DNA of 59,619 bases from Candidatus Moanibacter sp. (GTDB lineage Bacteria > Verrucomicrobiota > Verrucomicrobiia > Opitutales > UBA2987). Where the stretch lies: assembly GCA_965215885.1 (NCBI GenBank), contig CBDCEW010000033.1:1-59619 (forward strand), read 5' to 3'. Each line of letters starts with the position of its first letter. Positions within the stretch are counted from its first letter, which is position 1. Both the position numbers and the translations under genes were made by a program. Shown one piece after another: positions 51,223-59,619 of this stretch. Below the pieces are notes generated by a model. That model made no database searches. It saw nothing but the letters and a program-made list of their open reading frames with translations, and had not been told where the DNA came from.

Positions 51223-51398
51223 TAGCCCGCTAAAATTCGGTTCCGCCGAACTTTAAAAACTCCCTTCCCGCGGCTACGGAAATGACGGATGGAGATATTC
51301 GAATATTCAAATCGGTGATAGGCAGATTTAGAGATATAGGTGGCTCTGTCGACAATTAACTTGTGAGGGAAGAAACCTTTCCCTCAAATAACCTCGAA

Positions 51399-52886
51399 AT
51401 GCGATTCTATTTTATGGGCGCGTGTGGTACCGCCATGGGCAATGCCGCCATATTGCTCAAGCGGTTGGGGCACGACGTCTTGGGCGCGGATTCCGGCGCA
51501 TATCCGCCCATGTCGGACCTCTTAAGCGCTGAAGAGATCGTCGTATTTGAAGGCTACGATGCTGAGCGCCTGGCCGGGCTTCATCCCGACCTCATTGTAG
51601 TGGGCAATGCCGTCACTCGCGGAAATCCGGAGGTTGAGTGGCTCCTGGAATCAAACCGCATTCCCTACACCTCCTTACCTGAATTGATAGGGAGAGAGTT
51701 TCTGAAGGATCGAAAAAACATCGTAATCACGGGAACCCACGGGAAGACAACGACCGCCGCGCTCACCGCCTGGCTGCTGAGAGAGAACGGAATAGAATCC
51801 GGCTATCTGTTGGGGGGCGTTTCCCTCGATCTTGAGGGAGGAGCAAATAATGGTGATTTGGATGAGCCGTTTGTGATTGAAGGAGACGAGTACGATTGCG
51901 CGTTTTTCGATAAGAGGAGTAAGTTCATCCATTACAGACCCTCGATCCTCGTAATCAACAACCTGGAATTTGATCACTGTGATATCTTTCGTGACATGGT
52001 TGACCTGAGACGGGCTTATAGTCACCTGTTGCGCATCATGCCGCGTAATGGGTACGTGCTTGTTAACGGCGATGATCGCAACGTCGCTCTATTGATGCCC
52101 GTTGAGTGGACCACCATCCTGAAGGTGGGGGTAGGAGAAGAGAATGATCTTTTGATCTCTGATTATCGTGAGGATTGTCTCAATTCTTCATTTTCTCTCC
52201 TGTGGAAGGGTAGGGCGTGGGATAGCATCTCATGGGCTTTAGGAGGGATGTATAACGCCCGAAATGCCGCTATGGCAGCCCTTGCCGCCGGACTCTCGGC
52301 TTTTCCTCGCAATCCAGCGCGATTGAGTCTGACACCGCTTACACGGGCTTTGGGAGTAAAGAGGAGGCAGGAGACGCTCCTCGAGGGCAACCGGCTGAAG
52401 GTCATCGAGGACTTTGGTCACCATCCCACTGCGATTGGAGAAACATTGCAATCGCTGCGAGTGCGACATCCGTCTTCGAATCTGACTGCGTGTTTTGAGC
52501 CGCGGAGCAATACGTCTCGTCGAAATGTCTTTCAGGATGAATTTCGTGGCGCGTTGGAACAGGCTGACACGGTCCTGATTGGGCCAGTAAACCGTGGAGA
52601 GGAGCTAAGTTCTTCAGAGCGCCTGGATACTCTCCGACTTGCTCGCGAATTGAGAGATTCGGTGGGTTGCGCGAAGGCCTTTGCGAGCAATCGCGACCTC
52701 TTGGAAGAGCTTATAAGCAGAGTTGAAGGAAATTCGAGAAATGATCAATTAATATGCTTTTTCTCCAACGGATCGTTCGACGGAATCATAGGGAGATTTG
52801 TCTCAGAGTTATCTGTCAAGGAATCTGTCGACCCTGACCCGAAGAGCTCACGGCTCTTCGGGTCAGGGTCGACAGATTCCCTCTAG
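51399..52886 (+). CDS. mpl: Murein peptide ligase Mpl (MurC family)
   Basis: G.CGTAMG, YPPMS, GTHGKTTT, EGDEYD.AFFDKRSKF, DF.HHPTAI, FEPRSNT. Confidence 0.9.
   Translation: MRFYFMGACGTAMGNAAILLKRLGHDVLGADSGAYPPMSDLLSAEEIVVFEGYDAERLAGLHPDLIVVGNAVTRGNPEVEWLLESNRIPYTSLPELIGREFLKDRKNIVITGTHGKTTTAALTAWLLRENGIESGYLLGGVSLDLEGGANNGDLDEPFVIEGDEYDCAFFDKRSKFIHYRPSILVINNLEFDHCDIFRDMVDLRRAYSHLLRIMPRNGYVLVNGDDRNVALLMPVEWTTILKVGVGEENDLLISDYREDCLNSSFSLLWKGRAWDSISWALGGMYNARNAAMAALAAGLSAFPRNPARLSLTPLTRALGVKRRQETLLEGNRLKVIEDFGHHPTAIGETLQSLRVRHPSSNLTACFEPRSNTSRRNVFQDEFRGALEQADTVLIGPVNRGEELSSSERLDTLRLARELRDSVGCAKAFASNRDLLEELISRVEGNSRNDQLICFFSNGSFDGIIGRFVSELSVKESVDPDPKSSRLFGSGSTDSL
52820..52880. repeat. Perfect 28-bp inverted repeat with a 5-nt loop
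   Basis: GGAATCTGTCGACCCTGACCCGAAGAGC-TCACG-reverse complement; ends match MITE family C. Confidence 0.85.
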
Positions 52887-52968
52887 TCCCGGCAAGCTGG
52901 GATCGGAATGAAACCGAGTGACTCTTCCGAAAGAGGCATTTAGTCCGATCCCGGCTTGCAGGGACTAA
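52883..52968. mobile_element. MITE family A
   Basis: Reverse-complement homologue of 2545-2629. Confidence 0.75.
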
Positions 52969-53357
52969 TCGGAGACTTCATTGGCCAGGGGTTCCTCAAA
53001 GCACCAAACGAGGTTAACTTCGGGGTTGGCGAGTCTCTCGGTAGTCTCTTCGAGACGATCCGCTAAGTGGTAGAGGAGTTTAATAGTGAGATCGGGGTTG
53101 GCGCGAACGATTTCACGTATGCCCTGACGGATATGTAAAATTTCCGCTTCAGTCTTTGTGACAACTCTGCAGCTTCGCGGCTTACCCAGGATGTCACTCA
53201 TCTCACCGAAGATAGTTTCCGGCTTGGAATATTGGGCCACTAACACATTGCCCTTAAAGACTTCCAAATGTCCCGATTTGAGGACATAGAATCCTTCGCC
53301 GGTAGCTCCTTCAGCGATCACTATCTCTCCAGGCCCGAAGTGCAACAGATCGCTCAT
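52965..53357 (-). CDS. Single-domain cyclic-nucleotide-binding protein
   Basis: GEIVIAEG..G.GFYVL..G.LEV, FGEM, PRS..V. Confidence 0.85.
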   Translation of the reverse strand: MSDLLHFGPGEIVIAEGATGEGFYVLKSGHLEVFKGNVLVAQYSKPETIFGEMSDILGKPRSCRVVTKTEAEILHIRQGIREIVRANPDLTIKLLYHLADRLEETTERLANPEVNLVWCFEEPLANEVSD

Positions 53358-53488
53358 ATGAGAGATATTAATTGCATTGGCTCCCCTCGTTCAAGCATTC
53401 TGTGAAATTGGTAACTTGCCGGGCGGAGTCCGACAGGCCGCCGTTCCTGCTGACGGCCGGCCCAGGCTTACTACTCGAATTCGTAATA

Positions 53489-54430
53489 ATGATCCTGAAG
53501 GAGAGAGATTCCAGTCGGCTTCCCTCGGATCTGGAAGAGCCATTGAATCGCTTTCTGGCTTATCTGGAGTTGGAAAAAGGGCTCTCAGAGAATACCGTAT
53601 CGGCTTATGGGCGTGATTTAGAACAGTGTGCCCGATTTCTCCTTAAAATTCCGATAACAGACTGGCGCGTCATCCTTCCCGAACACATTTCGTTGTGGAT
53701 CGGCTCTCTGAGCAGACAGGATTACGCCGTTGCGAGCCTGTCACGGAAGATTTCAGCGGCGAGAATGCTGGCACGATTCCTGATAAAGGAACGGTACCGG
53801 GATGATGACTTTACTGAGTTACTGTCCGGTCCCAAAATGATTCGAAAATTACCGGGGACGCTGACGCCGCGGGAGGTAGAACGCCTGCTTGAAGCGCCGG
53901 AGGCAAAATCCCCGCAAGGATTGCGAGACCGCGCCATATTGGAATTACTCTACAGCAGTGGCCTGCGCGCATCCGAGGTAACGGCCCTGGCACTGCAGGA
54001 TATTGATCTTAAAGAAGGTTATTTGCGTGTTATATCCGGAAAAGGAGGCAAAGAGCGGATAGTTCCGGTGGGAGAGAAAGCAGTAGAGGCGATAAACACG
54101 TATTTAAGCGTAGCGAGACCGCGGCTTGTAAAAAAGAAGACCGGAAGTGCGCTCTTTCTGAGTATGCGGGGTCAGGCAATATCGAGAAAGACAATCTGGC
54201 TGATGGTCAAAAAATGCGCCGCCAGGGCTGGATTGAAGAAGAGCGTAAAGCCACATCTGTTGCGTCATTCTTTCGCTACCCATCTGCTCAGTGGAGGAGC
54301 GGACTTGCGTGTTATCCAGGAGATGCTCGGCCATTCTGACATTGCCACCACCCAGATATATACCAACGTTGAAAAGAAGCGGTTACTGGAACAGCATGAA
54401 ACCTATCATCCACGAAACCGTTTAACCTGA
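53489..54430 (+). CDS. xerD: Site-specific tyrosine recombinase XerD
   Basis: EKGLS.NT..AY.RDL, LYSSGLR.SE, GKG.KER, HLLRHSFATHLL, LGH.DI.TTQIY. Confidence 0.9.
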   Translation: MILKERDSSRLPSDLEEPLNRFLAYLELEKGLSENTVSAYGRDLEQCARFLLKIPITDWRVILPEHISLWIGSLSRQDYAVASLSRKISAARMLARFLIKERYRDDDFTELLSGPKMIRKLPGTLTPREVERLLEAPEAKSPQGLRDRAILELLYSSGLRASEVTALALQDIDLKEGYLRVISGKGGKERIVPVGEKAVEAINTYLSVARPRLVKKKTGSALFLSMRGQAISRKTIWLMVKKCAARAGLKKSVKPHLLRHSFATHLLSGGADLRVIQEMLGHSDIATTQIYTNVEKKRLLEQHETYHPRNRLT

Positions 54431-54440
54431 GGCGCTGTCG

Positions 54441-55220
54441 ATGGAGATCATATTCTTAGGTACCGGGACTTCCCAGGGAGTGCCAATGATAGCGCACGAG
54501 AGTCCGAATTTGGATTTGGAGAATCCTAAGAATTGGCGCACCCGCCCCAGTATCCATGTAATTATGGATGGTTGCCATATTCAAGTGGATGCCGGGCAGG
54601 AGTTTCGTCTACAGTGTTTAAACAACGATATACGGCGAATTGACTATTTCATCCTCACTCATGGTCACGCCGATCACATCCTGGGCATGGATGATTTGCG
54701 TCGGTTTTGCACAATTCGCGGGAGCGAAGCCATACCGGTCTACAGCACCCGTTCGGGGTTGCAGAGGGTGCGTGAAGTCTATCCTTACGCGAATCGCGAG
54801 AAACCGGTCCACAGATTCTATCCGGCATTCAGACTGCTTGAAATGCCGGCTAAGCTTGAATTCGAAGAAGGGGAGATTCAGTCGACTCTATTGCCGCACG
54901 GTGAAATGGACGTGCTTGGGCTTATCTTTCGGGAACGAAAGACGGGAGTGAAGGCGGTCTACTATACGGATTGTAAGGAAGTTGGACCTGAACAGCGAGA
55001 TATGGCAATGGGGGCCGAACTGGTGATATTGGACGCTCTACAACCGAGAAAACATCCCACCCACATGTCGATCGACGAGGCTGTAGAAACGGCACAGGAT
55101 ATCGGGGCTCCCCAGACCTATTTCACTCACATGACTTTCATCGTGGATCACGAGGCCTTCGATAGCAAATTACCCCCAGGTATATCCCTGGCCTATGATG
55201 GGCTCCGTGTGCAGCTGTGA
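54441..55220 (+). CDS. MBL-fold metallohydrolase (PhnP-like)
   Basis: LGTGTSQGVP, THGHADH..G.DD.R, YYTD, THM. Confidence 0.9.
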   Translation: MEIIFLGTGTSQGVPMIAHESPNLDLENPKNWRTRPSIHVIMDGCHIQVDAGQEFRLQCLNNDIRRIDYFILTHGHADHILGMDDLRRFCTIRGSEAIPVYSTRSGLQRVREVYPYANREKPVHRFYPAFRLLEMPAKLEFEEGEIQSTLLPHGEMDVLGLIFRERKTGVKAVYYTDCKEVGPEQRDMAMGAELVILDALQPRKHPTHMSIDEAVETAQDIGAPQTYFTHMTFIVDHEAFDSKLPPGISLAYDGLRVQL

Positions 55221-55260
55221 TTCTCGATTGACGAAGGAGAAGATCGAACCACTTCTATCC

Positions 55261-55296
55261 AAACCTCGTCGCAAACCTTGGCGCGAACCTTGTCGG
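55261..55296. repeat. Three degenerate 12-bp tandem repeats
   Basis: AAACCTCGTCGC AAACCTTGGCGC GAACCTTGTCGG. Confidence 0.5.
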
Positions 55297-55349
55297 TCTT
55301 ATATGTTAGACCGCGCTGACTCTGTTAGCTCTCTTGTCGTGATCTAAGA

Positions 55350-56390
55350 GAAGATCGACTGGAGATCACGATTGGGAATCACGATGGGGAGTTGGATACG
55401 GTTTCGATCTTTCCGTCGTCGTCATAATCGTAGTCGAAAATCGAAAAGAAAAGATCGACTGGAGAGCACGGCCTGCCATGAGCCTGTCGGATGGATTAAG
55501 AATCACGATGGGATAGTGGGATACCGTTTCGATCTTCCCGTCGTCGTCATAATCGTAGTCGAATATCGAAAAAGGAAAATCGACAGAAGATCACGATTGA
55601 GACTCACGATGGAAGATAGGAAACCTACTCAATCTCCCGTCGTGAATCATAATCGTATTCTAAAGTCGAAAAGAGGAAGATCGACAGGAGATCACGATTG
55701 AGAATCACGATGGAAGATAGGAAACCTACTCAATCTCCCGTCGTGAATCATAATCGTGATCTAAAGTCGAAAGAGCGGAAAATCGACAGGAGATCACGAT
55801 TGAGACTCACGATGGAAGATAGGAAACCCGATCGAATCTCCCGTCGTGAATCATAGTCGTGATCTAAAGTCGAAAGGGAGGAAGATCGACAGGAGATCAC
55901 GATTGAGAATCACGATGGAAGATAGGAAACCCGATCGAACTCTCGTCGTGAATCATAATCGTAATCTAAAGTCGAAAGAGGAAGATCGACAGGAGATCAC
56001 GATTGAGAATCACGATGGAAGATGAGGAAACCTGCTCAATCTCCCGTCGTGAATCATAATCGTATTCTAAAGTCGAAAAGAGGAAGATCGACCGAAGATT
56101 GCGATTGAGAATCACGATGGAAGATAGGAAACCTACTCAATCTCCCGTCGTGAATCATAGTCGTGATCTAAAGTCGAAGGGAGGAAGATCGACAGGAGAT
56201 CACGATTGAGAATCACGATGGAAGATAGGAAACCCGATCGAACTCCCGTCGTGAATCATAATCGTGATCTAAAGTCGAAGGGAGGAAAGATCGACAGGAG
56301 ATCACGATTGAGAATCACGATGGAAGATAGGAAACCTGCTCAATCTCCCGTCGTGAATCATAATCGTGATCTAAAGTCGAAAGAGCGGAA
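55350..56390. repeat. Tandem array of ten ~101-bp hairpin units (block 1)
   Basis: TCGAC anchors at 55355, 55455, 55580, 55681, 55783, 55886, 55986, 56088, 56189, 56291. Confidence 0.95.
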
Positions 56391-56504
56391 GGAAGGGGAA
56401 AGGGGGTCGGGGGGGGGAAGAGGTCAGACTGGAATGACGCTAAGATAAGGAGGCCAATCGCTCGCGAGCGATCTCAACTAGGGCCGGAATTCTCGTTTAT
56501 GCCC

Positions 56505-56640
56505 TTATCTTAGCGCCATTCGATTCAGACTGTTTACGGTATAAGTCGACTTTCTAAGATTAGTTTCCGCTTCTTCTCGGTAGTTTTCGGTCGTGCCATC
56601 CGTTGTCCGATTTCCCTGATCGTCATAATCGTAGTCGAAA
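56505..56640 (-). pseudogene. RHS/YD-repeat-like fragment
   Basis: FDYDYDDQGNRT...STYTVNSLNR. Confidence 0.5.
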
Positions 56641-56860
56641 GTCGAAAAGAGAAGATCGACAGGAGAGCACGGCCTGCCATGAGGCTGTCGAATGGATTGG
56701 GAGCCACGATGGGAGAGGGGATTGAAGAGACGCGGTGATGCGGAGACGCGGAGGGTTGGAAACGTGATTAGTCTTTCTCCTCGTGAATCATAATCGTAAT
56801 CTAAAGTCGAAAGAGCGGAAGATCGACAGGAGATCACGATTGAGACTCACGATGGAAGAT
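56620..56860. repeat. Hairpin array block 2, ending at the IS insertion
   Basis: Same unit; one loop carries 8-bp GAGACGCG repeats (56727-56750). Confidence 0.85.
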
Positions 56861-59234
56861 CAGACCTCACTATATTGCCCCTCTAAAGGCACTATGCAAT
56901 CGCAAGTTTAAATCCCGATTTTTTGCCCAGTCGGAAGATGATTCTTCGGCCTGAACCGTCGGGCATCAGTAAGGGCTTCTCATTGAGAGTTTGCAGATAC
57001 TCAAGCACCACCGCTTGCACCCGAGGGGGATAAGTTGCGGTGGGGAATAAATGCGCTTCGACCGCACAGCTCCTCTCTATAAGAACGCCGTCACTGTGAG
57101 TCAAATTGCGAAACAGATCGTGGTCGTCACGATAGTTGTTGTAGCGAGCTTTAAAGGGTTCGAGCTGCTTGTAGAAGCTGTTACGGGCGAAGATTTTCAA
57201 GGCATCCATGAGGGACTTGTTAGCGGTGTCCAGGCGGACATAGTTTTCATCAATGAGGCGCTGCAGCCTCGAGCATTCGGTGTCGATTTGCTCCAGTTCG
57301 AGTTGGAGGGCTTTGAGGGCCTGATCGAGTCGACGGATCTTTTCGCCCCTTGAGGCGCTTTTGCCCGGGTGGGCATGCTCGGCCAGGAGCAGTCTTTTCA
57401 ATTCTTCGGTGCATTGCTGTTTTTGCTTCAGGAGGGCTTTGGCGGCACCGCTTTTCTCCTGCTTGTCCTCAAGGTGTTGGGCTAATCGCTTGTAGTGGAC
57501 GGTGCGATAAGAGGTGATCTGATTAATCCCAAAGTGCTTATCGAGGTATTTGAAGTCATTCTCCTGAAGCCAGCGACTGAACATCCCTTTGATTACCTCT
57601 TCATTTCGGGCCTGCCGATCGGTCGCCAGGATGCTCACGGTAATGGTTCGATTTTTTGGATTGGTCGCCTCCACGATCCACTGCACCAGTTGAGGATTTT
57701 TCTTCCAGGGGCCCCGCTGATAGCGAAGATGATACTCCTGGAGATCTTCGGCATGGTTGCGCGCGCGCTGCAGGCGCAACTGCCCGTCGATCCGTTGGAG
57801 GGGCTGGGCGCTGGCCTTGTAACCTTTTTCCCAGGTAATGATTTCGAGTTGAGGATGCTCCACGATGGCTTCGTAAAACCACTCCGCGGCGATCGCCCGG
57901 TCCACGTAAATGCTCACCTTCTTATCAGCCGGCAACTGCACCAGCTCGAGCATCGCTTCGCAGTTGGGGATAAACCGTTCCCTTATATCCTCATAGTTGT
58001 CGGTACTCGCAAAATAGATCGGATAGCCCTTGAGGGTATGAATAAAATCGCTGTGGAGCGCTTTGTCGGCCAGACGGATACCCGGACACCATCCCGCCAG
58101 CACCTTGCTCATTCCGGTGTAATGTTTGGTGTGCGGATCATAATAAAAGCTCTCTTCATCCGAAGCATTCAGGCCCCTCGCGTTCACTCTGAGGATCTCT
58201 CTTAAAAGCCCTTCATCGGCCAGGGCGCTAAGGCTTTGGCGTTGCAGATAGGGGGTATACAGGACTCGCCCGATGAGTTTTTGCAGGTCTTCGAGATCGA
58301 GCAGTTTGCTCTGCTCGATATTGACCGCGGCCAACAACCCGCAAGCCACCCATTGTTTCAAAAGCCAGCCCTCTTCGCGATCAATCTGAGCGACTTCTCT
58401 GAGCGCGGCACTGAACAGAAGTACTCCCAGGTGCCGATACCATTGCACCGCTTCGGAGCTCTCCCTCGAAAAATCGGGAGACTCCTTGCGATTGTCCCCT
58501 TCGCTTTCGGGGCTATTTTCTGCTTCTTGCTCCTGTTCGTCCCTCCCCGAGTCCTCCGGGCAATCCCAGGGAGTCTCCCGATTTTGCGCCCTCTCGGCTT
58601 CGGCCTCCTTTGCCCGGGCCTCTTTAAGCTCCTTAAAGACAGGGCGCAAAGTTTCCCCACTGAGGTTAACTCCGAACACCTCCTCGATCTCCCCCCGTAT
58701 CTTCTTGCTGTAGCCATACCGACTCTCCCCATAGATCTGCCCGAAGCGCACCCGCCCAAAACTCCGGATTTCCCTCGTCAATTTGCGATGAGCGCTGCGT
58801 CCCGCCAGCACTCGCGCTAAGGTCTCGGCATCTCCGCTTTGAAGCGCCTCCCCCCACCGCTTCATCGTTTTGGGGTCAACCTCAAATTGCTTCTCTAAGC
58901 GCCCTTTCTTCAACCCCGCATTGTAGAGGCGCCCCACCAATAGCTTGAATTCAACTTGCTCCCGATCGTCCTCTACGACTTCAAAAAGCTCATGCCCGTA
59001 ATAGACGTGCAGTTTGCCTTCGCTCAGATCCCGATAGACCGTGATCGAGGGATTACCCTTGTCCACTCCAAGGATGCACTGTAAGAAGGTCTCTTCTTTG
59101 ACGGTAGGTTTCTCCATTTTTCTTCGAATTTGATGGTTCGAAGATGAAGCCTACCGTTTTCTTTAGCTCTTAAAAGCCGGGAATTGTATCTGCGATTGCC
59201 CCCTGCCCGCCAACCCGCATGATAGCGAGTTCTG
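56861..59234 (-). mobile_element. 2374-bp IS with a 5-bp target-site duplication
   Basis: TIRs CAGACCTCACTAT / CAGAACTCGCTAT; AAGAT at 56856-56860 and 59235-59239. Confidence 0.9.
56892..59117 (-). CDS. Large DDE transposase (741 aa, IS4-superfamily-like)
   Basis: YYDPH, YVDRA, RWLQENDFKY motifs; N-terminal HTH-like region; fills the element. Confidence 0.8.
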   Translation of the reverse strand: MEKPTVKEETFLQCILGVDKGNPSITVYRDLSEGKLHVYYGHELFEVVEDDREQVEFKLLVGRLYNAGLKKGRLEKQFEVDPKTMKRWGEALQSGDAETLARVLAGRSAHRKLTREIRSFGRVRFGQIYGESRYGYSKKIRGEIEEVFGVNLSGETLRPVFKELKEARAKEAEAERAQNRETPWDCPEDSGRDEQEQEAENSPESEGDNRKESPDFSRESSEAVQWYRHLGVLLFSAALREVAQIDREEGWLLKQWVACGLLAAVNIEQSKLLDLEDLQKLIGRVLYTPYLQRQSLSALADEGLLREILRVNARGLNASDEESFYYDPHTKHYTGMSKVLAGWCPGIRLADKALHSDFIHTLKGYPIYFASTDNYEDIRERFIPNCEAMLELVQLPADKKVSIYVDRAIAAEWFYEAIVEHPQLEIITWEKGYKASAQPLQRIDGQLRLQRARNHAEDLQEYHLRYQRGPWKKNPQLVQWIVEATNPKNRTITVSILATDRQARNEEVIKGMFSRWLQENDFKYLDKHFGINQITSYRTVHYKRLAQHLEDKQEKSGAAKALLKQKQQCTEELKRLLLAEHAHPGKSASRGEKIRRLDQALKALQLELEQIDTECSRLQRLIDENYVRLDTANKSLMDALKIFARNSFYKQLEPFKARYNNYRDDHDLFRNLTHSDGVLIERSCAVEAHLFPTATYPPRVQAVVLEYLQTLNEKPLLMPDGSGRRIIFRLGKKSGFKLAIA

Positions 59235-59619
59235 AAGATAGGAAATCCGATCGAACTCCCGTCGTGAATCAATATCGTAATCTAAAGTCGAAAAGAGGAA
59301 GATCGACGGGAGATCACGATTGAGATTCACGATGGAAGATAGGAAATCCGATCGAACTCCCGTCGCGAATCATAATCGTAATCGAAAGTCGAAAAGAGGA
59401 AGATCGACGGGAGATCACGATGGAAGATAGGAAACCTGCTCAATCTCCCGTCGTGAATCATAATCGTAGTCGAAAGTCGAAAAGAAAAGATCGAAAGGAG
59501 ATCACGATTGAGATTCACGATGGGGGAGGGAGGGAACCGAAAAGACCCGGAGACGGGGGAGAGTTTAATTCCGATGGATCTCCAGTCGTGATCCTAATCG
59601 CAATCGAGAATTGAAGCAG
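59235..59619. repeat. Hairpin array block 3, running to the window end
   Basis: Resumes the interrupted unit (AAGAT-AGGAAA), followed by about three more units. Confidence 0.9.

Noticed and set aside
53489..56390. Integron (tyrosine recombinase plus attC-like hairpins)
   Set aside because: The recombinase looks like housekeeping XerD without the IntI insertion; the hairpins lack RYYYAAC/GTTRRRY ends and enclose no cassettes
55372..56837. Short ORFs within the repeat array
   Set aside because: They are translations of the repeat; unit lengths do not preserve the frame
55350..59619. CRISPR array
   Set aside because: The whole ~101-bp unit is repeated, loop variants recur instead of being unique spacers, and there are no cas genes in the window

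Overview
Bacterial chromosomal segment, probably from a Verrucomicrobiota/Opitutales-like organism (inferred from the DUF5069-like gene, H-X9-DG prepilin and repeat types). 0-25 kb: a decaying surface-glycan locus with wbpA/B/D/E and wbpI-like genes, an AsnB amidotransferase, a flippase, deacetylases, a sulfotransferase and an O-antigen-ligase/TPR protein. It carries nested IS elements, stacked MITEs and genes broken by microhomology deletions. 25-43.5 kb: minor pilins, guaC, folD, a ferredoxin reductase, metF, RidA, a D-threonine-aldolase-family gene, SDRs, a cysM-JAB-(MoaD::MoeZ) sulfur-carrier module, a broken histidine kinase, and an exported CxxU selenoprotein candidate that the ORF track splits at an in-frame UGA followed by a SECIS-like hairpin. 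43.7-47 kb: a two-ORF IS with 23-bp inverted repeats. 47-55 kb: housekeeping genes (rnr, phosphatase, mpl, xerD, PhnP-like). 55.3 kb to the end: a non-CRISPR tandem array of about 15 hairpin units of ~101 bp, containing an RHS-like fragment and interrupted by a 2374-bp IS with a 5-bp target duplication. No rRNA, tRNA or CRISPR array was recognised. All family calls come from reading motifs by eye; no database search was run.
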